34,323 nucleotides of DNA. It comes from a virus (lineage: Duplodnaviria; Caudoviricetes). Below are positions 1-7,811 of this stretch, piece by piece (the first letter of the stretch is position 1; the number at the start of each line of letters is the position of its first letter). The notes under the pieces were generated by a model, which was not told where the DNA came from, searched no databases, and was given only the letters and a program-made list of their open reading frames with translations. The translations under genes were made by a program, and so were the position numbers. The DNA lies in IMG/VR virus record IMGVR_UViG_3300048852_000022, positions 1 to 34,323 of that record; one strand, given 5' to 3'.

Positions 1-1
1 C

Positions 2-160
2 GCGCAAGTGCTTCTCCTAAGTGGGTTGGAAGCGCATCAAACGTCGCGCATGTCAGAACGTTCCCGTCCCCTAAACAAAAAGCGCGATGGCGAGTGCTGG
101 TGCAGCGATTTCCTCGCTGGGAGCGACATCCATGTATGCGAAGAGGGGATGGTCGCGTGA
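2..160 (+). CDS. 3' end of an upstream phage gene (partial, hypothetical)
   Basis: The frame is open from base 2 (AQVLLLSGLEAHQ...VCEEGMVA*). Its TGA overlaps the GTG start of the next gene (GTGA, 157-160), a typical coupled phage arrangement. Confidence 0.5.
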   Translation, partial: AQVLLLSGLEAHQTSRMSERSRPLNKKRDGECWCSDFLAGSDIHVCEEGMVA

Positions 161-909
161 GCATTTCTGCCGCCATCCGCCGTATGTTGGAGGCCGGTCT
201 TACGATCGACCAAGCCCTTGTGGCTGCCGAGGCTTTCGAAGCTGAGGCTGAAACGGTTCCGGCCGTCGATCGTGCTGCCGAGAAGCGGCGGCAGTGGGAT
301 CGCGAACGGAAACGGAAACAGCGGAATTCCGCCTTGTCCGGTGGAAGTCCGGTGGAAACAGGTGGAAATCAGGTGGACACCGAAACCCTTTCCGCCCCGG
401 AGGTTTCCCCCCACACCCCCCTTCCTAACCCCTCCAATCCTATACCCCCTTCGCCCCCTAAAGGGGGCTCTTCCCCCACGGCAGTCGACCAGGTCGTCAC
501 GGCATTTTCGGAAATGGCGCGCCAGTCCGGGCTTTCCGTGCCGAGGGCAGTCACGGCCTCCCGCCGTCGCTCGCTGCTGCTTCGGATCGAGGAACACGGC
601 CTGCCGGCGGTCCTCGATGCCATCGAGCGGATCGGCCGCAGCCGGTTCTGCCGCGGCGAGAACGATCGGGGATGGCGTGCCGACCTCGATTTTCTCTGCC
701 AGCCGAAGAGTTTCATCTCGATCCTCGAAGGAAAATACGACGACCGGCCGCTGCAGCAATCGCAATCGCCGCCTCGGCCGCAAAGCCCATCCCTTCAACG
801 CCACCACGACATCCACGCAAGGCTGAAACGAGAACTCTACGGTGAACCAGATGAACAATTTGCCGGCCAAACTGTCGACCTTGCAGCAGGAGATTTCCGC
901 TCTCACTGA
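157..909 (+). CDS. Phage replication initiator / replisome organizer (lambda O-like layout)
   Basis: GTG at 157 follows GAGGGG. The protein has a basic helix (RQWDRERKRKQR), a Pro-rich linker (PPSPPKGG) and a C-terminal domain (GENDRGWRADLDFL...ILEGKYD) typical of phage initiators. Internal direct repeats are present. Confidence 0.75.
   Translation: MSISAAIRRMLEAGLTIDQALVAAEAFEAEAETVPAVDRAAEKRRQWDRERKRKQRNSALSGGSPVETGGNQVDTETLSAPEVSPHTPLPNPSNPIPPSPPKGGSSPTAVDQVVTAFSEMARQSGLSVPRAVTASRRRSLLLRIEEHGLPAVLDAIERIGRSRFCRGENDRGWRADLDFLCQPKSFISILEGKYDDRPLQQSQSPPRPQSPSLQRHHDIHARLKRELYGEPDEQFAGQTVDLAAGDFRSH
340..380. repeat. Four GGTGGA direct repeats with 10-11 bp period; candidate iterons of the phage origin
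   Basis: GGTGGAA at 340, 351 and 361 and GGTGGAC at 372, in two different codon phases, in the middle of the initiator gene. Confidence 0.65.
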
Positions 910-1627
910 GCAGCTTGCTCCGGCTGGCGCCGACGAAATCGGCCAGTGCATCGAAGGCCTCATGAGCGGCGGCATGCGGATCTCCGAAACGATCACTGCT
1001 GCAAACCCGGTCGAAGAATACCGCCTCTCCCTTCGCAACGTTCCGGTCCACGGCCTGCGCCGGGCCTACGTGAAGCTGAAGCGCGGCGAATACGAAAACA
1101 TCAACAAGGCTTTCATCCCCCTGCCGGCGGAGCTTGCGGCCATGGCCAACGCCGAATGCCGTCTGATTCGTGAGGATCGCATCCGCAAGCAGGAAACGCT
1201 TAGGGCAATCGAGGACTCCGTCAGCCGAACGCTTCCCAGCTCTCATGGGCTCATGGACCTTCGCGTCACCCAGCGTGAGCGCGCCATCGCGCTGGCGGAG
1301 AAGGGCTTTGTCAGGGTCGCCGAAGGTGCCGACCATCTGGAATTCGCCCAGCTTGCCAAATCGCGGGAGCTCCCGGCCGGCTCGGTCCACTTATGGGCTA
1401 TCGACGAGATTTGGTCGCCGATCGCCGTCCGCGTCAACCGCAGCAGGATCCAGACCAAACTAAACGCCCAGCCCCCGCAGGTATCGCCGGAGCGTGCCGA
1501 CGAACTCACCCGCATGCTGGCTCTCCCCGATGCCAGCCAGGTCACCGCCGAGCAGATGGCGTATCGCGGCAAGGTGAAGGCTGAAATCGAAGCGGCCGAG
1601 CCGGCGGAAGAGGAGCGGGCGGCATGA
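851..1627 (+). CDS. Putative replication accessory protein (helicase loader, lambda P position)
   Basis: It overlaps the initiator 3' end and is a helical protein with an FIPLPAEL motif. The call rests mainly on gene position. Confidence 0.5.
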   Translation: MNNLPAKLSTLQQEISALTEQLAPAGADEIGQCIEGLMSGGMRISETITAANPVEEYRLSLRNVPVHGLRRAYVKLKRGEYENINKAFIPLPAELAAMANAECRLIREDRIRKQETLRAIEDSVSRTLPSSHGLMDLRVTQRERAIALAEKGFVRVAEGADHLEFAQLAKSRELPAGSVHLWAIDEIWSPIAVRVNRSRIQTKLNAQPPQVSPERADELTRMLALPDASQVTAEQMAYRGKVKAEIEAAEPAEEERAA

Positions 1628-2022
1628 CCATCCAGCACCGCACCGTCGACATCGAGGCATCGGCCAAGCTTTGGAGCGAGGGCCTGTCGGCGTCGCAGAT
1701 CGCCAGCAGATTTGGTGTCTCGCGAAACGTCGTCATCGGCATCGCCTATCGGAACCGCGACAGGTTCCCACCGCGCCAGAAGCGGAAACCGGCACCGAGG
1801 CGCGAGCCGACACGCCGGCCGCGCCAGCAAGCGCCGGAGCTCCTGGCGCAACCGGAGATCCCGGCGACCGCCTACGACGCCGAGCGACTCACACACGCAA
1901 AGCAACTCCACCAACTCTCGGCCGGCGAATGCTGCTGGCCTCTGAACACTGGGGGCCCGTACCTGTTCTGTGCGGCGGAAACGACGGGCCGCTACTGCCG
2001 AAACCACAAGACCAGAGCATAG
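1624..2022 (+). CDS. gcrA: GcrA cell-cycle regulator family protein
   Basis: N-terminal HTH (LWSEGLSASQIASRFGVSRNVVIGIAYR) and C-terminal C-x-WP...FC...YC-x-x-H motif characteristic of GcrA. ATGA overlap with the upstream gene. Confidence 0.85.
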   Translation: MTIQHRTVDIEASAKLWSEGLSASQIASRFGVSRNVVIGIAYRNRDRFPPRQKRKPAPRREPTRRPRQQAPELLAQPEIPATAYDAERLTHAKQLHQLSAGECCWPLNTGGPYLFCAAETTGRYCRNHKTRA

Positions 2023-2039
2023 CAAATCGAGGGATTAGG

Positions 2040-2660
2040 ATGCTGAGAACTGAATGGTACGCGATCAAGGCCCGGCCCGGCACCCAGCGCAAGGCAACGC
2101 CACGGGTAGGGGAGACGGAAGAACGAAAGGGCGAGTTCATCATCGAGCGCAGCCTTCGCGACGCCGGCTTCGAGGTGTTCATGCCCTCGACACAGATCAT
2201 CTACAAGCACCACAGAACGAAGAAGACGCTGGAGAAACGCACCCCCATGCTGGTCGGCTACGCCTTCGTGAATCGCCCGAGGAGCTTCTTCGATCTGTCT
2301 CAAGTCTATGGAGTCGGAGCGATTCTTGGGATTGCCGGTAGGCCGATGCAGATTGCAGATGACCTGATTCAGTCCTTGCGTGACGAAGAGGAAGAAAGCA
2401 TCGAGCGCGTCCATCGCGCTAAGCGTATGAGGGAGCGGCAGGAAGCGGTTGCCAACGGAAACGTGACAAAGAAGCAGTTGCGCGACATGTTCCCGTGCAA
2501 GTCTCTGGTTCGAATAACCGGTGATCATCAACTCCTCGGCGGCATGGTTGCCCGCGTTCTTGACGCAACGGGCCGAAAGACATTGAAAACAGTCGTGGAA
2601 ACTCTGGAAGGGCTCGTTTCTGTGGAAATTCCGGTTGAGTACGCCGAGAAAATTGCTTAA
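2040..2660 (+). CDS. NusG/RfaH-family transcription antiterminator (phage late regulator)
   Basis: NGN motifs WYAIKARP, GFEVFMP, PMLVGYAFV, VYGVGAILG and a KOW-like C-terminus (VRITGDHQLLGGMVARV). It occupies the lambda Q position. Confidence 0.88.
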   Translation: MLRTEWYAIKARPGTQRKATPRVGETEERKGEFIIERSLRDAGFEVFMPSTQIIYKHHRTKKTLEKRTPMLVGYAFVNRPRSFFDLSQVYGVGAILGIAGRPMQIADDLIQSLRDEEEESIERVHRAKRMRERQEAVANGNVTKKQLRDMFPCKSLVRITGDHQLLGGMVARVLDATGRKTLKTVVETLEGLVSVEIPVEYAEKIA

Positions 2661-2681
2661 ATTCCAGTGTCAAGTGATTTG

Positions 2682-2774
2682 TTTGACGCCTGTTCCTTTG
2701 GGGCTTCTATAGTCGTCCAAGAGGTGTCGCCCTTAAGCGGATGTGAATTACACCGCGTGGAGGCTTGTGCCTGA
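2682..2774 (+). promoter_or_regulatory. Candidate late promoter with leader hairpin
   Basis: TTTGAC (2682) ... CTATAG (2707) resembles the rhizobial sigma70 consensus, but the 19-nt spacer is long. It is followed by the hairpin GCGGATGT-GAATT-ACACCGC directly after the antiterminator gene. Confidence 0.4.
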
Positions 2775-3581
2775 ATGGCTTTCGTAAAGGGCGATACCGC
2801 ATATATCCCGTTGCAGAAATCTGCCGGCCGGAAGCGGCTCTTCGCCCTCGTCGACGTTGATGACCTGGAGCGCGTCGCCAGCCGAAAGTGGTGCGCTGCG
2901 CCATCTGGCAGAACGTTCTATGTCAGGGCGACATCGCTCGCCACGTTGCCGAAGCATCATAGCAGCCTCCATGCGTTCATCCTTCGCGTTGAGCCCGGCC
3001 AGCGTGTCGACCACGAAAACGGCAATGGGCTTGATTGCCGGAAGCGCAACCTTCGGCCGGCGTCTGCGACGGAGAATGCGCAGAACTCGTTCAAGCGGAT
3101 TGGTGAGACGACATCCAAATTCAAGGGCGTCACGCTGACCAGTTCCGGCCGCTGGGCAGCACACATCACCGTCAACGGTGAACCCTTGGTGGTCGGCCTG
3201 TTTGACGCGGAAGTTGAAGCGGCAATGGCCTATGACGAGGCCGCCAAACGACATTTCGGCGCCTTCGCCAAGACCAACGCGATGATGGGCCTGTTTGAGG
3301 CTGATGCCGCAGTCAGGGACAAGGCGGGGTTCGGCATCAAGGATGTGCGGAAGCTCGGCGAATTTCAGCACCGCCAGAAGGGCGACGCCCGATCGAATTT
3401 CGGCACTGTGATTGGACTCTCTCGCCACCAGCGCAAGGCTGGCGTGTTTCTGTACAAGCTCTCGACCGGCCGGCACGTTCCGGCCGCCGATTTCCTCGGC
3501 ACACATCCTTCCCCGGAAGAGATGGAGCGGATGAAAGACGAGTTGAAGACCAGAGAGCGGATGAAGAGAGCCGCCAGATAA
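2775..3581 (+). CDS. HNH endonuclease with AP2 DNA-binding domain (homing endonuclease type)
   Basis: HNH motif VDHENGNGLDCRKRNLR...ENAQN followed by AP2 SKFKGV...RWAAHITVNG...GLF..EVEAAMAYDEAA..HFG.FA.TN, plus a C-terminal extension. Confidence 0.9.
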   Translation: MAFVKGDTAYIPLQKSAGRKRLFALVDVDDLERVASRKWCAAPSGRTFYVRATSLATLPKHHSSLHAFILRVEPGQRVDHENGNGLDCRKRNLRPASATENAQNSFKRIGETTSKFKGVTLTSSGRWAAHITVNGEPLVVGLFDAEVEAAMAYDEAAKRHFGAFAKTNAMMGLFEADAAVRDKAGFGIKDVRKLGEFQHRQKGDARSNFGTVIGLSRHQRKAGVFLYKLSTGRHVPAADFLGTHPSPEEMERMKDELKTRERMKRAAR

Positions 3582-3596
3582 CCAATACGAGGGGAA

Positions 3597-3687
3597 GCCG
3601 CTGCGCCCCGACCTATGAGGAGCCTTGGCCACCTGAGGGTGACGCCGCCAAGGCCCAGCGGCCAACCGGGAGGGTAGCCCGGCACCA
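3597..3687 (+). ncRNA. Putative structured non-coding RNA element
   Basis: Nested stems: GCCGCTG (3597-3603)/CAGCGGC (3656-3662), GCCTTGGC (3622-3629)/GCCAAGGC (3647-3654), CACC-TGAG-GGTG, then the hairpin CCGGG-AGGGTAG-CCCGG ending in CACCA. Confidence 0.35.
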
Positions 3688-3693
3688 TTTCAT

Positions 3694-3766
3694 GTCGGCG
3701 TAGAGCAGCCCGGTAGCTCGCCAGCCTCATAAGCTCGAGGTCGCAAGCCCGATTCTGGCAGTTATG
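3694..3766 (+). pseudogene. Degenerate tRNA-Met (CAT), initiator-like D arm, 3' acceptor strand lost
   Basis: TA-GAGC-AGCCCGGTA-GCTC-G-CCAGC-CTCATAA-GCTCG-AGGTC-GCAAG matches the tRNA-fMet layout, with the anticodon CAT at 3728-3730. The T loop has decayed to CCCGATT, and there is no acceptor pairing or CCA. Confidence 0.7.
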
Positions 3767-4445
3767 TAGGTGGTTCAGGCTTTTTCAAAGACCGAAGGCG
3801 ACCGACGAGCGAACTATATTGGTAGACCGCCTTGAGAAGCTCTTTCGCGAGGTCAATCGCAATAGCCGCCTCTTCTTTGCCGATGTTGTCGTAATCTTTC
3901 GCTTCTACGTGAGCGGCGTCGTTCCCTAAGATTCTGAGTTCATCGGCGGCCTCCAGTAGCTCCATTGGGATTACCGCTACGTCTTTGAGGGCTGAAATTC
4001 TCTGCTTCAAGTTCCCTCCGGTTGCAGACCTATCTTGACAAAGCTCTTCGAGTACTCGGCGAACCATCAATGCAGACGCCTTGTAGGCACCTGCCGCGTG
4101 ACAGGTGACAGCCTCTTCGAGGCTGGAAAGAATGTTTGGAGGCAAGTTTGTGGCATCGAAATCGATGACTTCCGGTGGATAGGTTGTCAGGGTTTCGCTC
4201 TGCGCATCGAAGGCGACAAATACAAGCGCGCCACAGTCCGGGTTCGGGCATTTCCGGATACCCGCCTGGGAGTGCACTTGGCGGCTGGCAGCGGTGTTGC
4301 CAATTCGCTTGCTGACCGGTCCCCACACCACATCATTGCAGCCGTTGTAGCCATGGAAAGCGCCAGCGTGCCGACAAACAGGGCACCTTAAGTTGAAGAT
4401 CTTGGCTTCGCCCGATTTCACTCCTCCTTGTACAAAGAACTCCAT
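3762..4445 (-). CDS. DUF4145 domain protein with N-terminal Zn-ribbon (moron)
   Basis: CPVC...CPNPDC, then EAVTC...AYKASALMVRRVLEELC...GNLKQRI..L...LRILGNDAAH, typical of DUF4145 (HEPN-like). It is antisense to the late operon and has lower GC. Confidence 0.85.
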   Translation of the reverse strand: MEFFVQGGVKSGEAKIFNLRCPVCRHAGAFHGYNGCNDVVWGPVSKRIGNTAASRQVHSQAGIRKCPNPDCGALVFVAFDAQSETLTTYPPEVIDFDATNLPPNILSSLEEAVTCHAAGAYKASALMVRRVLEELCQDRSATGGNLKQRISALKDVAVIPMELLEAADELRILGNDAAHVEAKDYDNIGKEEAAIAIDLAKELLKAVYQYSSLVGRLRSLKKPEPPT

Positions 4446-4511
4446 GCTCGACCCTCGATTGAACGAAATCTGAGCAAATCAAACTCAGAACGTGGTGGCA
4501 AGAGTTAAGAC

Positions 4512-5066
4512 ATGACCTCTGATGATAAGAAAAGCGGGGCAGATTGGGAGGCGATCGAGCGGGAATACCGCGCCGGTCAGGTCTCTCTCCGCGCTATTGC
4601 AAGCGCGCATGGCATCACCGAAGGCGCCATCCGCAAGAAAGCCAAGGCTGAAGGCTGGCAAAGGGCCTTGGCCGACAAGGTGCGCGAAGCGGTACGCGAG
4701 AAGCTGGTACGCACCGACGGTACGCAGGATGGTACGCAGTCCCAACGCGCGACCGATGCGGAGATAATCGAAGGGGCTGCTCTGCGCGGTCTCAACATCG
4801 TCACCTCTCATCGGAAGGACCTGCAGCAGCTTCACGGGTTGAAGCGCATCCTTGCCGAGCGCCTCTCAACATACATGCAGGGCGTTGCACCTGATGGCCC
4901 GTGTCTTGGCGACAAGGAAAGCCCGGGTGACCTGCTCGAAAAGCTCTCGCGCATCACCGCTCGTTTGATCCCGCTCGAAAGGCAGGCGCATAACCTCGAT
5001 GCCGAACCAGATGAACCAAGCGGCGGCCGATCGCTCGCAGACTTCTACGGCGGCTCGGAAGGATAA
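4512..5066 (+). CDS. terS: Terminase small subunit
   Basis: N-terminal HTH DWEAIEREYRAG..SLRAIA..HGITEGAIRKKAK.EGW.R, directly upstream of and overlapping terL. Confidence 0.85.
   Translation: MTSDDKKSGADWEAIEREYRAGQVSLRAIASAHGITEGAIRKKAKAEGWQRALADKVREAVREKLVRTDGTQDGTQSQRATDAEIIEGAALRGLNIVTSHRKDLQQLHGLKRILAERLSTYMQGVAPDGPCLGDKESPGDLLEKLSRITARLIPLERQAHNLDAEPDEPSGGRSLADFYGGSEG
4679..4737. repeat. GGTACGC repeats inside terS; candidate pac/terminase recognition site
   Basis: GGTACGC at 4691, 4706, 4719 and 4731, plus GGTGCGC at 4679, in two codon phases. Confidence 0.5.
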
Positions 5067-6447
5067 GGCCACCCTCAATCCGGCACTTCGTAGCTTCTGG
5101 CTCACACCTGCCCGCAACCGGGTTCTGTACGGTGGCCGGTCGAGCTCGAAGTCTTGGGACGCGGCGGGCTTCGCGATCTTCCTGGCGACGCAGTGCAGGA
5201 TCCGCGTCCTGTGCGCTCGCCAGTTTCAGAACAAGATCGCGGAGTCGGTCTACACCCTTCTGAAAATCCAGATCGGGCGCTTCGGTCTCGATAACGAGTT
5301 CATCATCACAGAGAACTCGATCCGGCATAAGCGGACCGGGTCGGAGTTCATGTTCTATGGCCTCTGGCGCCACATCGATGAAATCAAGTCTCTCGAAGGC
5401 ATTGATATCTGCTGGATCGAGGAGGCCCACAACCTCACGCAAGAGCAATGGGACATCCTTGAGCCGACGCTGCGCAAGGAAGGGTCTCAGTTCTGGATCA
5501 TCTTCAACCCGCGGCTGACGACGGACTTCGTCTATCGCCGGTTCGTCACGAACACGCCGCCGGACACGATCAAGCGGCAGATCAACTACAACGAAAACCC
5601 GTTCCTCTCCTCGACCATTCTCAAGGTCATCGAGGCGAAGCGCAAAGAGGACGAGGAAGAGTATCGCCACATCTATCTCGGCGAGCCGCTCGAGGATGAC
5701 GATGCGGTCATCATCAAGCGCTCGTGGATCAGGGCGGCGATCGACGCGCACAAGAAGCTCGGCATTCAGCCGGTCGGCTCCAAGCGCATCGGCTTCGACG
5801 TCGCCGACAGCGGCGAGGACAAGAATGCAGCGGTGGCTGCCCATGGCTTCCTTGCCACCCATGTCGACGAGTGGAAGGCGCGCGAGGATGAGCTGCTTAA
5901 GTCGGCCGGCCGGGTGCATGCACTTGCCCGGGAGCTTGGCGCCTCGATCGACTATGACAGCATCGGGGTAGGGGCTTTCGCCGGTGCGCATTTCCAGGCG
6001 CTGAACGAGGAGTTCGGCGCCCAGGTCGATTACTTCAAGTTCAATGCCGGCGGCGCAGTCCTCAATCCTGATGACCGGATCGACGAAAACGATCCGGAAG
6101 CGCCGACGAACAAGGATTTCTACGCCAATCTGAAGGCCCAGACATGGTGGGACGTCTCCCGCCGTTTCCGGAACACCTTCAACGCCGTCGAGAAGGGGCA
6201 CCAATTCAGCCCCAACGACATCATCGCCATTTCGAGCGAGTGCGATCATCTCGACCGGCTCATCGATGAGCTGTCGACGCCCCGCAAGGATTACGACAAC
6301 GCCGGGCGCTCGAAGGTCGAGAGCAAGAAGGACCTCAGCAAGCGCGACATCCCGTCGCCCAACCTAGCTGACGGCTTCGTCATGGCATTCGCCCCACGCG
6401 ACTACGGTACCGCCGCGGTCATGTTCCTATCGAAGAGGCACCGATGA
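4999..6447 (+). CDS. terL: Terminase large subunit (PBSX family); start may be ATG 5011
   Basis: Walker A YGGRSSSKS, Walker B ICWIEEA, motif IIFNP, nuclease GFDVAD and C-terminal SPNLADGFVMAF. Confidence 0.95.
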   Translation: MPNQMNQAAADRSQTSTAARKDKATLNPALRSFWLTPARNRVLYGGRSSSKSWDAAGFAIFLATQCRIRVLCARQFQNKIAESVYTLLKIQIGRFGLDNEFIITENSIRHKRTGSEFMFYGLWRHIDEIKSLEGIDICWIEEAHNLTQEQWDILEPTLRKEGSQFWIIFNPRLTTDFVYRRFVTNTPPDTIKRQINYNENPFLSSTILKVIEAKRKEDEEEYRHIYLGEPLEDDDAVIIKRSWIRAAIDAHKKLGIQPVGSKRIGFDVADSGEDKNAAVAAHGFLATHVDEWKAREDELLKSAGRVHALARELGASIDYDSIGVGAFAGAHFQALNEEFGAQVDYFKFNAGGAVLNPDDRIDENDPEAPTNKDFYANLKAQTWWDVSRRFRNTFNAVEKGHQFSPNDIIAISSECDHLDRLIDELSTPRKDYDNAGRSKVESKKDLSKRDIPSPNLADGFVMAFAPRDYGTAAVMFLSKRHR

Positions 6448-7811
6448 ACCGACTGCGATTGGTGGTGAACAATGCTGTTCGCCGGCTTGATGCGATGTTC
6501 CCGGGCTTCTTCCCGGACGCAAAGCACAACCACTACAAGGACTTCGGCTATCCAGAGACGCTGAATTTTCAGCAGCTCTATGCGATGTACACCCGCAACG
6601 GCATCGCGCAGGCCGGCGTCAACAAGACCGTCCTGAAGACCTGGCAGGACAATCCGTTCCTCCTCGAAAAGGAACGAGACGGGTCCGAGGTCGGTCAATC
6701 GGACGAGACGACGCTTGAAAAGCAGATCCGCCAACGCTTCGACGACCTTCGCCTCTGGCCGAGGCTTTCCGAAGCGGACGGCATGTCGATGGTCGGCGCC
6801 TACTCGGGTGTCATCCTCAGGTTTGCCGATAGCAAGCTCTTCGAGGAGCCGGTTGATCGTGTTCCCGGTGGTCTCGACGGTCTCGTCGAGGTCATCCCAG
6901 CATGGGAGGGGCAGCTTACCGTTTCTCAGTGGGACACCGACGAGAGGTCCGAGAGCTACGGCCAGCCGAAGATGTTCCAATTCAATGAATCGGCCGTCGA
7001 CAGCAAGCAGCAGCCGCGCTCCTTCGTGGTGCATCCGGACCGCGTCATCATCTGGTCGAAGAATGGCACGGTCCACGGCAAGTCCATCCTCGAGCCGGGC
7101 TACAACGACCTTCTGACCCTTGAGAAGGTCAGCGGCGCCGGCGGCGAGGGCTTCTGGAAGAACGCCAAGTCCGCACCGGTGCTCGAAGTCGACCCCGAAG
7201 CGAAGCTGACCGAGATGGCCCGCATGATGGGCGTCCCGCTCGACGAGCTGATCGACAAGATGAACGACCAGGTCGAGGATTGGCAGAAGGGTTTCGACAA
7301 GCTGCTCATGGTGCAGGGGATGGAGGCCAAGACGCTTGGCATCACCCTGCCGTCGCCCGAGCACTTCTTCGCCATCGCCCTGCAGTCGTTCGCAGCCTCG
7401 ATCAACATGCCGGTCAAGATCCTCGTCGGGATGCAGACCGGCGAGCGCGCCAGCAAGGAAGACGCGGACGAGTGGGCGCTGACGAACATGTCGCGCCGCA
7501 ACAACTACGTCATCCCGAATATCCGGACCTTGGTGCAGCGCCTGGAACGCGTCGGCATTCTGCCCGAACGCGACTGGTTCGTCGACTGGACCGATCTGAC
7601 TGAGAGCTCGATGTCGGAAAAGATCGAGCGTGCCAACAAGATGGCCGAGACCAACCAGAAGATGGGCGACGTCTATGTCTTCACCGATGACGAGATCCGC
7701 CAGGTCGTCGGTTACGAGCCGCTGAAGGATTCCGAGAAGTACCGGAACGAGCCGACCGACGAAGAGACCGAAGGCGCTCTCGGCACGAAACCAAAGGACA
7801 TCGAAGAATGA
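6444..7811 (+). CDS. Portal protein (DUF1073-like)
   Basis: 455 aa directly after terL with ATGA overlap. Motifs YGQPKMFQFNE, VHPDRVII and IxxKILVGMQTGERAS..D. Confidence 0.85.
   Translation: MNRLRLVVNNAVRRLDAMFPGFFPDAKHNHYKDFGYPETLNFQQLYAMYTRNGIAQAGVNKTVLKTWQDNPFLLEKERDGSEVGQSDETTLEKQIRQRFDDLRLWPRLSEADGMSMVGAYSGVILRFADSKLFEEPVDRVPGGLDGLVEVIPAWEGQLTVSQWDTDERSESYGQPKMFQFNESAVDSKQQPRSFVVHPDRVIIWSKNGTVHGKSILEPGYNDLLTLEKVSGAGGEGFWKNAKSAPVLEVDPEAKLTEMARMMGVPLDELIDKMNDQVEDWQKGFDKLLMVQGMEAKTLGITLPSPEHFFAIALQSFAASINMPVKILVGMQTGERASKEDADEWALTNMSRRNNYVIPNIRTLVQRLERVGILPERDWFVDWTDLTESSMSEKIERANKMAETNQKMGDVYVFTDDEIRQVVGYEPLKDSEKYRNEPTDEETEGALGTKPKDIEE

Noticed and set aside
37-1390. Long minus-strand ORFs (37..1038, 713..1390)
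   Set aside because: They are shadows of the + strand replication genes in GC-rich DNA and show no recognisable motifs.
1671-2039. N-terminal 123-aa extension of the NusG ORF
   Set aside because: It overlaps gcrA in another frame. The NGN domain begins right after ATG 2040, which has a purine-rich RBS.
3590-3690. Known self-cleaving ribozyme or group I intron around the HNH gene
   Set aside because: I found no hammerhead (CUGANGA/GAAA), twister, pistol or group I core motifs by eye. It is kept only as an unassigned structure.
844-5016. Identical 13-mer GAACCAGATGAAC at 844 and 5004, each covering a likely ATG of an overlapping gene
   Set aside because: Several 13-mer matches are expected by chance in 34 kb, and there is no further flanking similarity.
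6444-7811. Possible anti-CBASS (Acb1) label for the DUF1073-like gene
   Set aside because: Its size and position after terL indicate a portal, and I saw no appended phosphoesterase domain with paired HxT motifs.
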